DNA from: an uncultured Weeksellaceae bacterium | Lineage (GTDB): Bacteria; Bacteroidota; Bacteroidia; Flavobacteriales_D; CAYVSK01 | Length of the DNA stretch: 59,194 bases | Direction: 5' to 3' | Assembly: GCA_964537825.1 (NCBI GenBank) | Contig: CAZIDL010000005.1 | Span: forward strand, 1 to 59,194 | Part shown: positions 25,072-34,059 of the stretch, in pieces | Position numbering within the stretch: the first letter of the stretch is position 1 | Layout of the letters: every line of letters begins with the position of its first letter | Notes under the pieces: generated by a model | Database searches by the model: none | The model's input: the letters and a program-made list of their open reading frames with translations, nothing else | What the model was told of the DNA's origin: nothing | Translations under genes and position numbers: made by a program

Positions 25072-25899
25072 ATGCCTTTAAGCATTTCAGGCGCGCACAA
25101 TCTCAAGCTGCACGAGGTACGGATCCCTATACCACAGTTACCTTATTCCTTCGAAGGTCTCCGTATCGTCCATATCTCGGATATCCATGCTGGCGGTTTT
25201 TTCGATAAGCGATCCCTGAAAAAAGGAATGGCTGAGGTGATGAAGCAGCGCCCTGATATGATCTTTTTCACCGGCGATCTGGTGGATCGCTCCACCCGTG
25301 AGATCGATGACCATTTTAACTCCTTGTCCGGCTTGAAAGCCCCTCTTGGCGTCTATTCCATACTGGGGAACCACGATTACGGCGATTATGTGGATTGGCC
25401 TACGGCCGTCATGAAGCGTAAAAACCTCCTCGAAATGGTGGAAGCTCATCGTGCTTTGGGATGGGACCTTCTTCTGAACCAACACCGTATCCTTCAATTG
25501 GGAAGTGGGTCCATGGCGATCATTGGTGTAGAGAATTGGGGCATGGGAAGGTTCTCCAAATACGGTCGTTTAGATGAAGCTGATCGTGGAACGGAGGAAG
25601 CGGATGTGAAGCTTCTATTGACCCATGATCCGAGCCATTGGGAAGCAAGAGTCCTTCCCGATCACCCCGATATCGATATCACTTTCGCCGGACACACCCA
25701 TGGGTTTCAATTTGGGGTGGAGATGGGAGCTCTTCGATGGAGCCCTTTCAAAATGGCTTATAAACAATGGGCGGGCCTTTATGAGCACGAAGGACAGTAC
25801 CTTTACGTCAATCGGGGGTTCGGCTATATGATGAACATTCCCTTTCGGGTAGGGATCCGACCTGAAATAACGGTCGTGGAATTGGTGCGAAAGCTCTAG
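25072..25899 (+). CDS. Calcineurin-like metallophosphoesterase
   Basis: 275 aa. Motifs SDIHAG, GDLVD, GNHDY and GHTHG appear in canonical order. Confidence 0.85.
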   Translation: MPLSISGAHNLKLHEVRIPIPQLPYSFEGLRIVHISDIHAGGFFDKRSLKKGMAEVMKQRPDMIFFTGDLVDRSTREIDDHFNSLSGLKAPLGVYSILGNHDYGDYVDWPTAVMKRKNLLEMVEAHRALGWDLLLNQHRILQLGSGSMAIIGVENWGMGRFSKYGRLDEADRGTEEADVKLLLTHDPSHWEARVLPDHPDIDITFAGHTHGFQFGVEMGALRWSPFKMAYKQWAGLYEHEGQYLYVNRGFGYMMNIPFRVGIRPEITVVELVRKL

Positions 25900-25928
25900 G
25901 GATCTGCATCTTTGTGAGGTAGCATCTC

Positions 25929-26759
25929 ATGGAGCAAGGAAAAAAACGCACGGAACGGCCTTCGCATTACGATGACCTCGAGAAGATGACCGTGGAAGGA
26001 TTGCTTCACGGTATGAACCAAGAGGACCGGAAGGTGCCTGAAGCAATAGAGAAGGTCATCCCCCTTATCGGAGCCTTGGTAAAAGCGATCGTTCCCCGGA
26101 TGAGGGATCGGAATGGAAGGCTCTTTTACATCGGTGCGGGAACGAGTGGGCGCCTGGGTATCCTGGACGCTTCCGAATGTCCACCGACATTTGGAGTCCC
26201 GCACGACATGGTGATCGGTCTGATGGCCGGAGGGGATCGTGCTATCCGGAAGGCTGTGGAGTTCGCAGAGGATGACCCGGAGCAAGGTTGGAAGGACCTT
26301 TTAGCATACGATATTAATTCCGACGATTCATTGATCGGCCTTGCTGCTTCAGGGACCACTCCCTATGTGAGAGGGGCGCTTGAGAAAGCAGTTCAAGAAG
26401 AGGTGCTTACCGGTGCTATTACTTGCGACCCCGGTAGTCCGGTGGGAAAGGCCGCGGATCATCCGATCGAAATGGACGTCGGACCGGAGTTCGTGACCGG
26501 GAGTACACGCCTTAAATCCGGAACCGCTCAAAAGCTCGTTCTGAACATGCTTTCCACCGTGCTCATGATCCGTATGGGGAAGGTTGAAGGGAACCGGATG
26601 GTGGACATGGAACTCAGCAATCAGAAACTAGTGGACCGTGGTACGCGTATGCTCGTCCAGGAGCTGGGATTGGATCACGAAGAGGCCCGCCAACTCCTCT
26701 TCGATGAAGGGAGTGTGCGAAAAGCACTTCAAAAAGGAAAAGAAAGGGGAAGGGGCTGA
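25929..26759 (+). CDS. murQ: N-acetylmuramic acid 6-phosphate etherase
   Basis: 276 aa SIS-domain protein. YIGAGTSGRLG, ASGTTPYV and TGSTRLKSGTAQK blocks are typical of MurQ. Confidence 0.88.
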   Translation: MEQGKKRTERPSHYDDLEKMTVEGLLHGMNQEDRKVPEAIEKVIPLIGALVKAIVPRMRDRNGRLFYIGAGTSGRLGILDASECPPTFGVPHDMVIGLMAGGDRAIRKAVEFAEDDPEQGWKDLLAYDINSDDSLIGLAASGTTPYVRGALEKAVQEEVLTGAITCDPGSPVGKAADHPIEMDVGPEFVTGSTRLKSGTAQKLVLNMLSTVLMIRMGKVEGNRMVDMELSNQKLVDRGTRMLVQELGLDHEEARQLLFDEGSVRKALQKGKERGRG

Positions 26760-26809
26760 TGCCTTTGCGCTGATCTTGTAACTTGTGGTCGTTATGGAAG
26801 ACAGGGAAG

Positions 26810-27412
26810 ATGCACGAACTCGAGCCTTACTACAGCTGGCGTAGCCTCTATATCGCCGACGAGGACCCTCGCTCGCCTTTTTTTGGGCGGGAGCACAGCG
26901 AGTTCTTTTTCGAGAACAACATCTACGACCATCTCATCCACCCCCAATGGGATCCCATCGGTTCACCCACGCTCTTCATCAAGATCCTTTACGTGGATTA
27001 CGATGTGGGAATGGGCATCATCGAAATGATCGGGGAATGGAACGATTGCATCCATAACGATATCATGTACCTGAAAAGGGATATCATCGAAAAGATGATG
27101 GAGCAAGGGATCACCAAGTTCATCCTTATCGGTGAGAACGTTCTGAACTTTCACAGTTCCGACGATTGTTATTATGAAGAATGGTTCGAAGAAGTGGAGG
27201 AGGAGGAAGGTTGGATCGCTCTGATGAATTTTCGCGAACACGTCGTTCAGGAATTCGTCGATGCTGACCTGGACAATTTCTTCGTCCTCGGTGGAAAGCT
27301 TCGCGATGTGACTTGGCGGACCCATCAGCCCCTTCAGCTCTTTAAAAAGATCGAAGGCTACGTCATGAAGCGGTTGGGTGCGACCAGTGAAGGCCTTTCC
27401 CTCAAGGGGTGA
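26810..27412 (+). CDS. Hypothetical protein (conserved-looking, acidic)
   Basis: The ATG at 26810 gives MHELEPYYSW...; the track start at 26783 is a TTG. 200 aa, no family recognised. Confidence 0.5.
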   Translation: MHELEPYYSWRSLYIADEDPRSPFFGREHSEFFFENNIYDHLIHPQWDPIGSPTLFIKILYVDYDVGMGIIEMIGEWNDCIHNDIMYLKRDIIEKMMEQGITKFILIGENVLNFHSSDDCYYEEWFEEVEEEEGWIALMNFREHVVQEFVDADLDNFFVLGGKLRDVTWRTHQPLQLFKKIEGYVMKRLGATSEGLSLKG

Positions 27413-27848
27413 GGGTATCACGGACCCTTCGCGCAACCTCCTTATCGATCGGGAGCTCGAAACGCTCCGGAGCGATCTTGCGGACCGGTTCCCAGAAAAA
27501 GGATTCCTTTTTCGCCCCCCCATCTTTTTGCAGCCTCCTCTCTGAAGCAGGATCGATCGTCCGGAGGAGGTAGTAGATACTGATCACCTGGATGGCCTCC
27601 TCGAAAAAAGAAGGCTGAAAAAAACCGGTCGTATAGAAGTGTTCGCTGACTTCGACCCTGATGCGGATCTCTTCGAAAAATTCGCGTACCACGCAATCTT
27701 CCGGCCCCTCCCCGTATTGAAGACCACCTCCGGGGAACTTGGTCACCTGCTTTTCCTGCATGGGTTCTTTTGAAAGGAGCAGATGGTCTCCCTGCTTATC
27801 CAAAAGAAGGCCGTAAACTCGAACGTTGAATGGATATCCCCCTTTCAT
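27402..27848 (-). CDS. NUDIX hydrolase
   Basis: 148 aa. The Nudix box GGGLQYGEGPEDCVVREFFEEIRI fits GX5EX7REUXEEXGU. Confidence 0.8.
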   Translation of the reverse strand: MKGGYPFNVRVYGLLLDKQGDHLLLSKEPMQEKQVTKFPGGGLQYGEGPEDCVVREFFEEIRIRVEVSEHFYTTGFFQPSFFEEAIQVISIYYLLRTIDPASERRLQKDGGAKKESFFWEPVRKIAPERFELPIDKEVARRVRDTLTP

Positions 27849-28549
27849 GGGCTCACCCCTTTGACACCCCTTATCATTTCCCGTTTGCCCAATGCTCCAT
27901 CCAATATCTCCACTTGCCAGCCTGCTCTTCGGAGCGTACGCTTTAGACTACCTTTGGCTGCATAGGTTACGAACACGCAAGCGTTCCCTGCACGTTCTAA
28001 CGCTTTTTCGATGCTCGCCGGCTCCCACATTTCCGGATCGGCTTTTGCTCCAAAAGCATCGTAATAGATGAGCCCTGCCAGGGTATTGCTTTTCTCGAGC
28101 CTTTCCAGCTCGATGTTCCGCTTTAAAAGTTCGAAACGAGGGCTTATCCGAGTGCTTTCGTTCCAGGGAGCACGATGAAGCGCTTCAAAGGTCCCGTCCG
28201 CTGCTCCGAGTGCTTGCTCGAATTCCACCCAGCTCGTTTCTTTTAGGGGATAGGGTTCGATGCTCTCATAGATGACCGGTCGCTTGGTCCTTTCGGCTTC
28301 TTGCTGTGTAAGCCATGCATTGATACCGGTCCCGAAGCCCACTTCGAATATCCGAAGGGGATGTTCGCTACAAAAGGCGGGGAGGGCAGGAGCATGGAAC
28401 CCCTTCCCGATAAAGACGTGTTGGGATTCGCTGATCGCCCCGTTCGTGGAATGATAAGTTTCATCGAGAACGGGATCGTAGAGACTGGGAGAGCCGTCCT
28501 TCGTCATGAAGACACGCGACCGGGCTTCGTGTGGGTGGGAAAGAGGCAT
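27845..28549 (-). CDS. mnmD: tRNA (mnm5s2U34)-methyltransferase, stand-alone MnmC C-terminal-type domain (MnmD)
   Basis: 234 aa. The SAM-MTase block ILEVGFGTG appears as IFEVGFGTGINA. The YYDAFGAKADPEMW block is the DUF752/MnmD signature. Confidence 0.7.
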   Translation of the reverse strand: MPLSHPHEARSRVFMTKDGSPSLYDPVLDETYHSTNGAISESQHVFIGKGFHAPALPAFCSEHPLRIFEVGFGTGINAWLTQQEAERTKRPVIYESIEPYPLKETSWVEFEQALGAADGTFEALHRAPWNESTRISPRFELLKRNIELERLEKSNTLAGLIYYDAFGAKADPEMWEPASIEKALERAGNACVFVTYAAKGSLKRTLRRAGWQVEILDGALGKREMIRGVKGVSP

Positions 28550-28606
28550 CTCCCGAAGATAGGGAGCTTCGTGGATCCTTTGGAGTCCGTATCTTCATGG
28601 TATCCG

Positions 28607-29260
28607 ATGAGCAAGGACGACCCTTTTCTGAAACGTATGTGGAAAGCTCTTTTCCCGGCTCGGGAGAAGGCTGATAGGAAGACCGGCCGGACGGTGGAAG
28701 TACCGGTCCACAATGAAGAGCTCCAACGTTCCGAGGATTACGAGGATGAACGAAGGGATTGGCTACATCGTGGGGAGCATTTTCCAATGCTCCGTTCGGT
28801 CCATCAGGCTTACCTGACCAAGCAAAAAGGGGTTGAGCCGGTCGAAATGGATTTATTCCTTTACGGGTCACCGTATGCGAACGGTTTTTTCTTCACTTAT
28901 CGGGATGCCTTTGGGGTGAAAGGCTTCTCCTTTCTTTTCGATCTATTGAGGGACCGTGGGCTCGAACTCGGATATCGGAAATACCATTCCGACCGCCGGA
29001 TCCTGGAGCGGGATCGATATTATGAAACGATCGAACGGCATTTTCTCAAACCCCCGATCAATAAGGAGATGGATGTGAAAAAGGGAACCCAGCTCTATGG
29101 GAACTTGCTATTGGAACACGCCCTTATCAACGATAAGCCCAATTACATCAAACTGATGGCGCACGTTTATTCCGATGGGCTTTATCACCCCCCTTTGCCC
29201 TTCGAAGAATTGATACGTAAATTGCTCTTAAGCGATGCGGCCGGAGATAAGGAGGCTTAG
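28607..29260 (+). CDS. Hypothetical protein
   Basis: The track ORF starts at 28301 inside mnmD on the opposite strand. The first ATG clear of mnmD is 28607 (MSKDDPFLKRMW..., 217 aa). No family recognised. Confidence 0.4.
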   Translation: MSKDDPFLKRMWKALFPAREKADRKTGRTVEVPVHNEELQRSEDYEDERRDWLHRGEHFPMLRSVHQAYLTKQKGVEPVEMDLFLYGSPYANGFFFTYRDAFGVKGFSFLFDLLRDRGLELGYRKYHSDRRILERDRYYETIERHFLKPPINKEMDVKKGTQLYGNLLLEHALINDKPNYIKLMAHVYSDGLYHPPLPFEELIRKLLLSDAAGDKEA

Positions 29261-30057
29261 GGCTTCTTGAACTCGACCGTGCGAGAACCGAAATTGAGGT
29301 AATAAGTTCCGCTATCGAAATTGGATAGGTCCACTGAATCCCCGAAGCCCTTCTTCACGAGCTCTCCGTACATGTTGTAAAGCTCGAAAGAGGTTTCCCG
29401 ACTGAGATCGATCCGCTCTTCATCCTTCTTGTGCTCGTGTTCGATCTTCTTCTTGTCGGATTCGAATTCGACGGATTTAGAGGTCTTCGTATTCCCGTCC
29501 ATCCCTTCCTGCTTGACCCTGAATCTGTTCTCCCCAGCGACCGGAATCGTTTCGAAACTGTAACTGTGCTCTCCCGGGGTCCCTTTCCCCTGGACCTCTC
29601 CTACAGTGACCCATTTGTTCCATTTGAACTGTTGGATCTTGTAAGGAAGCTTCCCTTTTTCATTGGTAGTGGTCCACTTCAGGACCCCTTTCGGAGTGAT
29701 CTTGATGTTCTCAAGCTTGAAGGTTGCCCGGGGCTTTAATACGGAAGGGTTCAAAACTTTGGGCTTGCATCCATCTTTGTGTTCGATCTCTACGACCACG
29801 TCATCTCCGGGCTTCAATTCTTTTTGGTCCAAGGCCACTTCGAAAGCACTGGAATTCCACTCATCGGTCGTAACGTCCCCGTTCACTCGCACCTCGTTGA
29901 CGCAAAAACCAACTCCTGCTTCGGACATCGGGTTGTTGACATAGAGGTTCTTGTTGTGGTATTGCCCCTCTAAAACCAGCTTATCCCCGTTGCCTTGAGC
30001 GAAGCAAGTGATGGAAATGATAAGAAGACCTAGTATGTTGAGAAGGATCTTTCCCAT
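29257..30057 (-). CDS. Secreted protein with a T9SS type-A C-terminal sorting domain
   Basis: The ATG at 30057 gives MGKILLNILGLLIISITCFAQ (signal peptide). The C-terminus ...FELYNMYGELVKKGFGDSVDLSNFDSGTYYLNFGSRTVEFKKP looks like a Por secretion tail. Confidence 0.6.
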   Translation of the reverse strand: MGKILLNILGLLIISITCFAQGNGDKLVLEGQYHNKNLYVNNPMSEAGVGFCVNEVRVNGDVTTDEWNSSAFEVALDQKELKPGDDVVVEIEHKDGCKPKVLNPSVLKPRATFKLENIKITPKGVLKWTTTNEKGKLPYKIQQFKWNKWVTVGEVQGKGTPGEHSYSFETIPVAGENRFRVKQEGMDGNTKTSKSVEFESDKKKIEHEHKKDEERIDLSRETSFELYNMYGELVKKGFGDSVDLSNFDSGTYYLNFGSRTVEFKKP

Positions 30058-30108
30058 CCGTCGGATTTGATGCTGCAAAATTAAGAGATCCTACTGCTTT
30101 GACCCTTT

Positions 30109-30372
30109 TCAATGCTTAAAATGGACGAAAAGCCTTCCACTGTTATTCTTGTCCTTTACAATGCGGTGGTAACGAGCTTTTTGTTCTTTTTTCTCGAGGA
30201 ATTTGAGCACTTTCTTCTTGAGTTGACCGCTCCCTTTTCCGTGGACGATCTCGAGCGTAGGGATCTTTTTTTCCATCGCTTCTTGCATCGCTTCTTCAAG
30301 GGAATCTTCGATGGCCTCTCCGTCCTTAGCGATCGGGTGTAGGTCGAGTTTCTTCCGGCTCATGCGATTCAA
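30109..30372 (-). CDS. Smr-domain protein
   Basis: 87 aa. LDLHP...LEIVHGKGSGQLKKKVLKFL is the Smr/MutS2 C-terminal domain signature. It overlaps the upstream acpH 3' end by about 40 nt. Confidence 0.7.
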   Translation of the reverse strand: MNRMSRKKLDLHPIAKDGEAIEDSLEEAMQEAMEKKIPTLEIVHGKGSGQLKKKVLKFLEKKEQKARYHRIVKDKNNSGRLFVHFKH

Positions 30373-30943
30373 GTTCGTTCACATAGCGGATCAGCTCTGG
30401 AAAGAAGGAATGGAAATTGCTCCGCAATCTTTCATCCAGTTCGGTGAGCGTGCAGACCGCTTTTCGGAGCTCCGTATTCCCGGTCCTTTTGCTTAGCCCT
30501 TCGAACGCGCGCTTCAGGCCTTTGGGGTCTTCGTATCCCAACAGCCACTCATCGCGGACCATCCGGTCGAATATCCAACGATCTTTTTCCCCCATCTTTT
30601 CGCGTTCTAGCTTAAGTTCCCGCTGGACCCTTTCGACGAAACGGGGAAGCGTTTCGTTCGGACTGTAGCGATCCCATTCCGTTGCAAGGAAATGATCGCT
30701 AAGGACATCGATCACAACTCCGGCCCATTTGCCGTGGTAGGGATGAAGGAGCTGCTTGCTCTCCAACATGATCGGGTGTTCATCCGTGAAGCTATCGATC
30801 CTTCGGTGAAGGAGGATCCCATGAGCTACCTTTATCGGGTAATGGAGATAGGCTTTCCCTTTGACCCGGTCGGCGATGAAGTTCCCGAGCATTTGCTCCG
30901 AGGATGATGAACCGGTGAGAAAAAGGTGAGCGAGAAGGTTCAT
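30326..30943 (-). CDS. acpH: Acyl carrier protein phosphodiesterase
   Basis: The start at 30943 gives MNLLAHLFLTG...LGNFIADRVKG, the AcpH N-terminal signature (205 aa). Confidence 0.75.
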   Translation of the reverse strand: MNLLAHLFLTGSSSSEQMLGNFIADRVKGKAYLHYPIKVAHGILLHRRIDSFTDEHPIMLESKQLLHPYHGKWAGVVIDVLSDHFLATEWDRYSPNETLPRFVERVQRELKLEREKMGEKDRWIFDRMVRDEWLLGYEDPKGLKRAFEGLSKRTGNTELRKAVCTLTELDERLRSNFHSFFPELIRYVNELESHEPEETRPTPDR

Positions 30944-30999
30944 GTTCATCGAAGGTAGCAATACGCCCTTTTATCATTGAGACCGTACCTTTATGGAAG

Positions 31000-32082
31000 A
31001 TGGGACCATCCCGGAAGCAAGGCATCTATTGGGCCGCTAATCTCTCTGGCTGGGCGGCTTATTTGTTCCTGAGCGCGGTCGTCTTGAAAGGAGAGGGGGA
31101 CCTGACGCGCGAGAGGCTCTATGCATTATTGCTCGCCTTTCCGGTGGGGGTATTGCTTGCTCATGGGATGCGCACGCTCTACATTTATTTCGGCTGGCCG
31201 GAACGGAGCATCCCTGCATTGATCCCTCGCGTTCTCGGGGCCGTTCTCCTCTTCGGAGCGTTTTTCTTTCTCCTTCACAATTCTTTGATGGGGTTGATCG
31301 GGTATGAAGAGGCTTATCCCTGGGCCCTTGCTCCTTTCGATGCTTTTCAGTCAGTCCTGAACTGGGGATTGCTCCTGCTTTTTTGGTCCGCGATCTATTT
31401 CGCTTACCTCTTCTTCGAAGAACGTCGCCGGAAAGAGATCGAGTCGCTCGAGTGGCAGGCGAGCAAGAGCGAGATGGAACTTCAGCAGCTCAAGGATCAG
31501 CTCGATCCGCACTTCATTTTCAATTGCTTGAACAGCATCCGGGCACTGATCAAGGAGGAACCCGAGAAGGCTGAACGTGCTGTGACCCGTCTTTCGAACA
31601 CGTTGCGCAGCAGTTTGACCTTGAGCCACAAACGGACCATCAGCTTGCGGGAGGAGATGAACGTGGTGGAGGACCATCTAGCTCTGGAGGGGATCCGCCT
31701 GGAAGAACGGCTCCGTACAGAGCTCGACGTACCTGAAGAAGCGATGGAGCAGCGCGTCCCTCCGCTCTTGCTTCAATCCCTCGTCGAGAACGGGATCAAG
31801 CATGGGATATCCAAACTCCCGGAGGGAGGGTGTTTGCGTCTGAAGGTGAAACAGGAAAATGACCTTTGCCGCATCATTATCAGCAATCCGGGAAGTTTGA
31901 ACGGGGAAGAGCGATCTGAAGTGCATGAGAGCACTGGTATCGGGATCGCCAATGCGAGAAAGCGTCTGGAGCTTCTCTTCGGAAAGGAGGCTGCTTTTTG
32001 GACCGAAGAGGTTCGGGGAACCGTCCGGACCACGATCGAACTACCTTTGGACCATGAGCTTGCGGACCCTCATTATCGATGA
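31000..32082 (+). CDS. LytS/YehU-type sensor histidine kinase
   Basis: 360 aa with multiple N-terminal TM helices. His_kinase motif LDPHFIFNCLNSI. HATPase N-box (ENGIKHG) and G-box (GIGIANARKRL). Confidence 0.8.
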   Translation: MGPSRKQGIYWAANLSGWAAYLFLSAVVLKGEGDLTRERLYALLLAFPVGVLLAHGMRTLYIYFGWPERSIPALIPRVLGAVLLFGAFFFLLHNSLMGLIGYEEAYPWALAPFDAFQSVLNWGLLLLFWSAIYFAYLFFEERRRKEIESLEWQASKSEMELQQLKDQLDPHFIFNCLNSIRALIKEEPEKAERAVTRLSNTLRSSLTLSHKRTISLREEMNVVEDHLALEGIRLEERLRTELDVPEEAMEQRVPPLLLQSLVENGIKHGISKLPEGGCLRLKVKQENDLCRIIISNPGSLNGEERSEVHESTGIGIANARKRLELLFGKEAAFWTEEVRGTVRTTIELPLDHELADPHYR

Positions 32083-32779
32083 CGAAAGGCTAGCTCGAAA
32101 GGAGCTTCGGGAAGCCCTCGAGAAGGAGCAGGGGGTCGAGATCATAGGAGAGGCCGGGAATTCGGATGAAGCCCTTGAACAGGTCCGGGAGAAGGATCCC
32201 GACCTCTTGTTCCTGGATATACGAATGCCTGGAAAGGACGGATTCCAGTTCCTGCAGGAGTTGGAACGTGCTCCGCGCGTGATCTTCGTAACGGCCTATG
32301 ATGAGTATGCACTTCAGGCCTTTGAAGTGAACGCGCTCGATTATCTCCTCAAGCCAGTGGATCAGGAGCGTTTGCACGAAGCGGTCGCACGCGTGGAGGA
32401 AGAGAGCAGCTCGGAGCAAGCTCAGGAAGGAAAGGAGCTCCTCGGACCGGACGATCGGATCTTCATCAAGGATGGGGATAAATGCTGGTTCGTGTTATTG
32501 CGGAAGGTCCGGGTGTTCGAATCCGAGGGGAACTACATCCGGGTCCATTTCGACGACCAGCGACCCCTTATTCTGCGCTCCCTCAATGAGTTGGAGAAAC
32601 GACTTGACGAAAGGCACTTTTTTCGGACGGGCCGCAAGCGGATCGTCAATCTGGATCAGATCGAGGACATCGAACCCTGGTTCAACGGCCGGCTATTGGT
32701 GAAACTGAAGGGAGTGGAAGAGGGGGTCGAGGTATCGAGGCGCCAGGCAGCCCGTTTCAAGGAACGCATGAGTCTCTAA
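32054..32779 (+). CDS. LytTR-family response regulator
   Basis: The ATG at 32054 gives MSLRTLIIDDERLARKEL. Receiver Asp in LLFLDIRMPGKDG. LytTR-type C-terminal DNA-binding domain (FFRTGRKRIVNLDQI). It overlaps the kinase 3' end by 29 nt. Confidence 0.85.
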   Translation: MSLRTLIIDDERLARKELREALEKEQGVEIIGEAGNSDEALEQVREKDPDLLFLDIRMPGKDGFQFLQELERAPRVIFVTAYDEYALQAFEVNALDYLLKPVDQERLHEAVARVEEESSSEQAQEGKELLGPDDRIFIKDGDKCWFVLLRKVRVFESEGNYIRVHFDDQRPLILRSLNELEKRLDERHFFRTGRKRIVNLDQIEDIEPWFNGRLLVKLKGVEEGVEVSRRQAARFKERMSL

Positions 32780-32898
32780 GGAAGGGTCGTTCCTCGGTCC
32801 GGCCTCTTCGGCGATCCTTTTCCTTCTTCCGTAGAAAAGTTCTCCGAAGACTTGCGCGGATCCCCGAAATTCGAAGTGTCCTTTTCCATTCCCCTATT

Positions 32899-33315
32899 AT
32901 GGAACCATACGTTCAGGAAGAAGGCTCAAGAACGCCTTATATTTTTCTGGATCCCTCCGGGGAGCTTTGGGTGAGGGGGCGTTCTTTTCCGCAGGATGCT
33001 TCTGAGCTCTACGAGCCGGTACTTCGATGGTTGGAGGCCTATCAAAAGGACCCTGCTTCGCGTACCGTCCTCAATATTGAGCTCAGGAGTTTCAATATCG
33101 GTTCTTCCAAGTACATCCTTTACATGATCTACCACCTTCAGGAGATCGTGCGTAAGGGAGGGGACGCCTCCATCGAGTGGGTTCACGAAGAGGGGGATGA
33201 GGATATGATCGAGGTCGGAGCGGATTACGAAGTGATGGCCCGGATCCCCTTTCATTACCGGCTTGCTTCGCCCCAATTCGAGCTTGCTCAAAAAGCGAAG
33301 GCCAGTTCTTCCTGA
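32899..33315 (+). CDS. DUF1987 (SiaC-like) partner-switching phosphoprotein
   Basis: 138 aa. The pattern TPYIFLDPSGELWVRGRSFPQDASELYEPVLRWLEAY...LNIELRSFNIGSSKYILYMIYHL...IEWVHEEGDEDMIEVG parallels P. aeruginosa SiaC as I remember it. That includes the Ser/Thr-containing N(T/I)(S/G)SxK segment. Confidence 0.65.
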   Translation: MEPYVQEEGSRTPYIFLDPSGELWVRGRSFPQDASELYEPVLRWLEAYQKDPASRTVLNIELRSFNIGSSKYILYMIYHLQEIVRKGGDASIEWVHEEGDEDMIEVGADYEVMARIPFHYRLASPQFELAQKAKASSS

Positions 33316-33318
33316 TCC

Positions 33319-34035
33319 TCAGTCCTGGTTCATCAGAGCGATCGTGTGGCAGGCAGCCACTGCGGCAGTTTCGGTCCGAAGTACGGCCTTTCCGAGCGAT
33401 ACGGGGATGAATCCCTTATGCACCGCCGCATCCACTTCATCTTCCGTGAAGTCACCTTCAGGACCGATCAGAATGGTAACATTCCTTCCCGCTTCGTAAG
33501 AATCCTTCAGGGAGCTCCGCTCCCTTCCCCTGTAGCAATGAGCGATGAAAGCGTGGCCGTCCTGTTCCTCATCCAGAAATGCCGATAATGCTACCGGATC
33601 CCGGAGCTCGGGAAGGTAGGCTTTGTTCGATTGCTTCATAGCTGCCACGAGGATCCGGTGGAAGCGTTCGGGCTTGGTTTTCTTTTTTTCGGAGCGCGCG
33701 GATACGATGGGCACGATCCGGTCGATCCCCATTTCAGTGGCTTTCTCCAGGAACCATTCGAAGCGCTGATCGTTCTTGGTGGGGCTCACAGCGACCGTGA
33801 GCCGATAGGAACGTTCTCCGAAATTCTGTTTTTCATCCTCGATGCGGACGGAGCAGCGCTTTTTATCGACCTCATGCACGCGTGCCTTGTAGATCCCGCC
33901 TTTTCCATCCACGATGCGAAGCTCATCTCCTTCCTGAAGGCGGAGCACCTTGATCGCGTGCTTCGCTTCGGTTTCGGGCAATAAAACCTCATCCCTCTGA
34001 ACGTCGGCTACGTAGAGGATGGGTAGGGTGGGCAT
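33319..34035 (-). CDS. rsmE: 16S rRNA (uracil1498-N3)-methyltransferase
   Basis: 238 aa. N-terminal PUA-like region (HAIKVLRLQEGDEL), C-terminal SPOUT knot (ILIGPEGDFTEDE). Confidence 0.85.
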   Translation of the reverse strand: MPTLPILYVADVQRDEVLLPETEAKHAIKVLRLQEGDELRIVDGKGGIYKARVHEVDKKRCSVRIEDEKQNFGERSYRLTVAVSPTKNDQRFEWFLEKATEMGIDRIVPIVSARSEKKKTKPERFHRILVAAMKQSNKAYLPELRDPVALSAFLDEEQDGHAFIAHCYRGRERSSLKDSYEAGRNVTILIGPEGDFTEDEVDAAVHKGFIPVSLGKAVLRTETAAVAACHTIALMNQD

Positions 34036-34059
34036 GAGCGCCTTTCCAAAACGGGTGTT

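Noticed and set aside
26810-27412. The acidic 200-aa hypothetical protein as a STAS-type partner for the PP2C sensors
   Set aside because: This rests only on a vague impression from one hydrophobic/acidic segment. I could verify no conserved STAS phospho-Ser motif.
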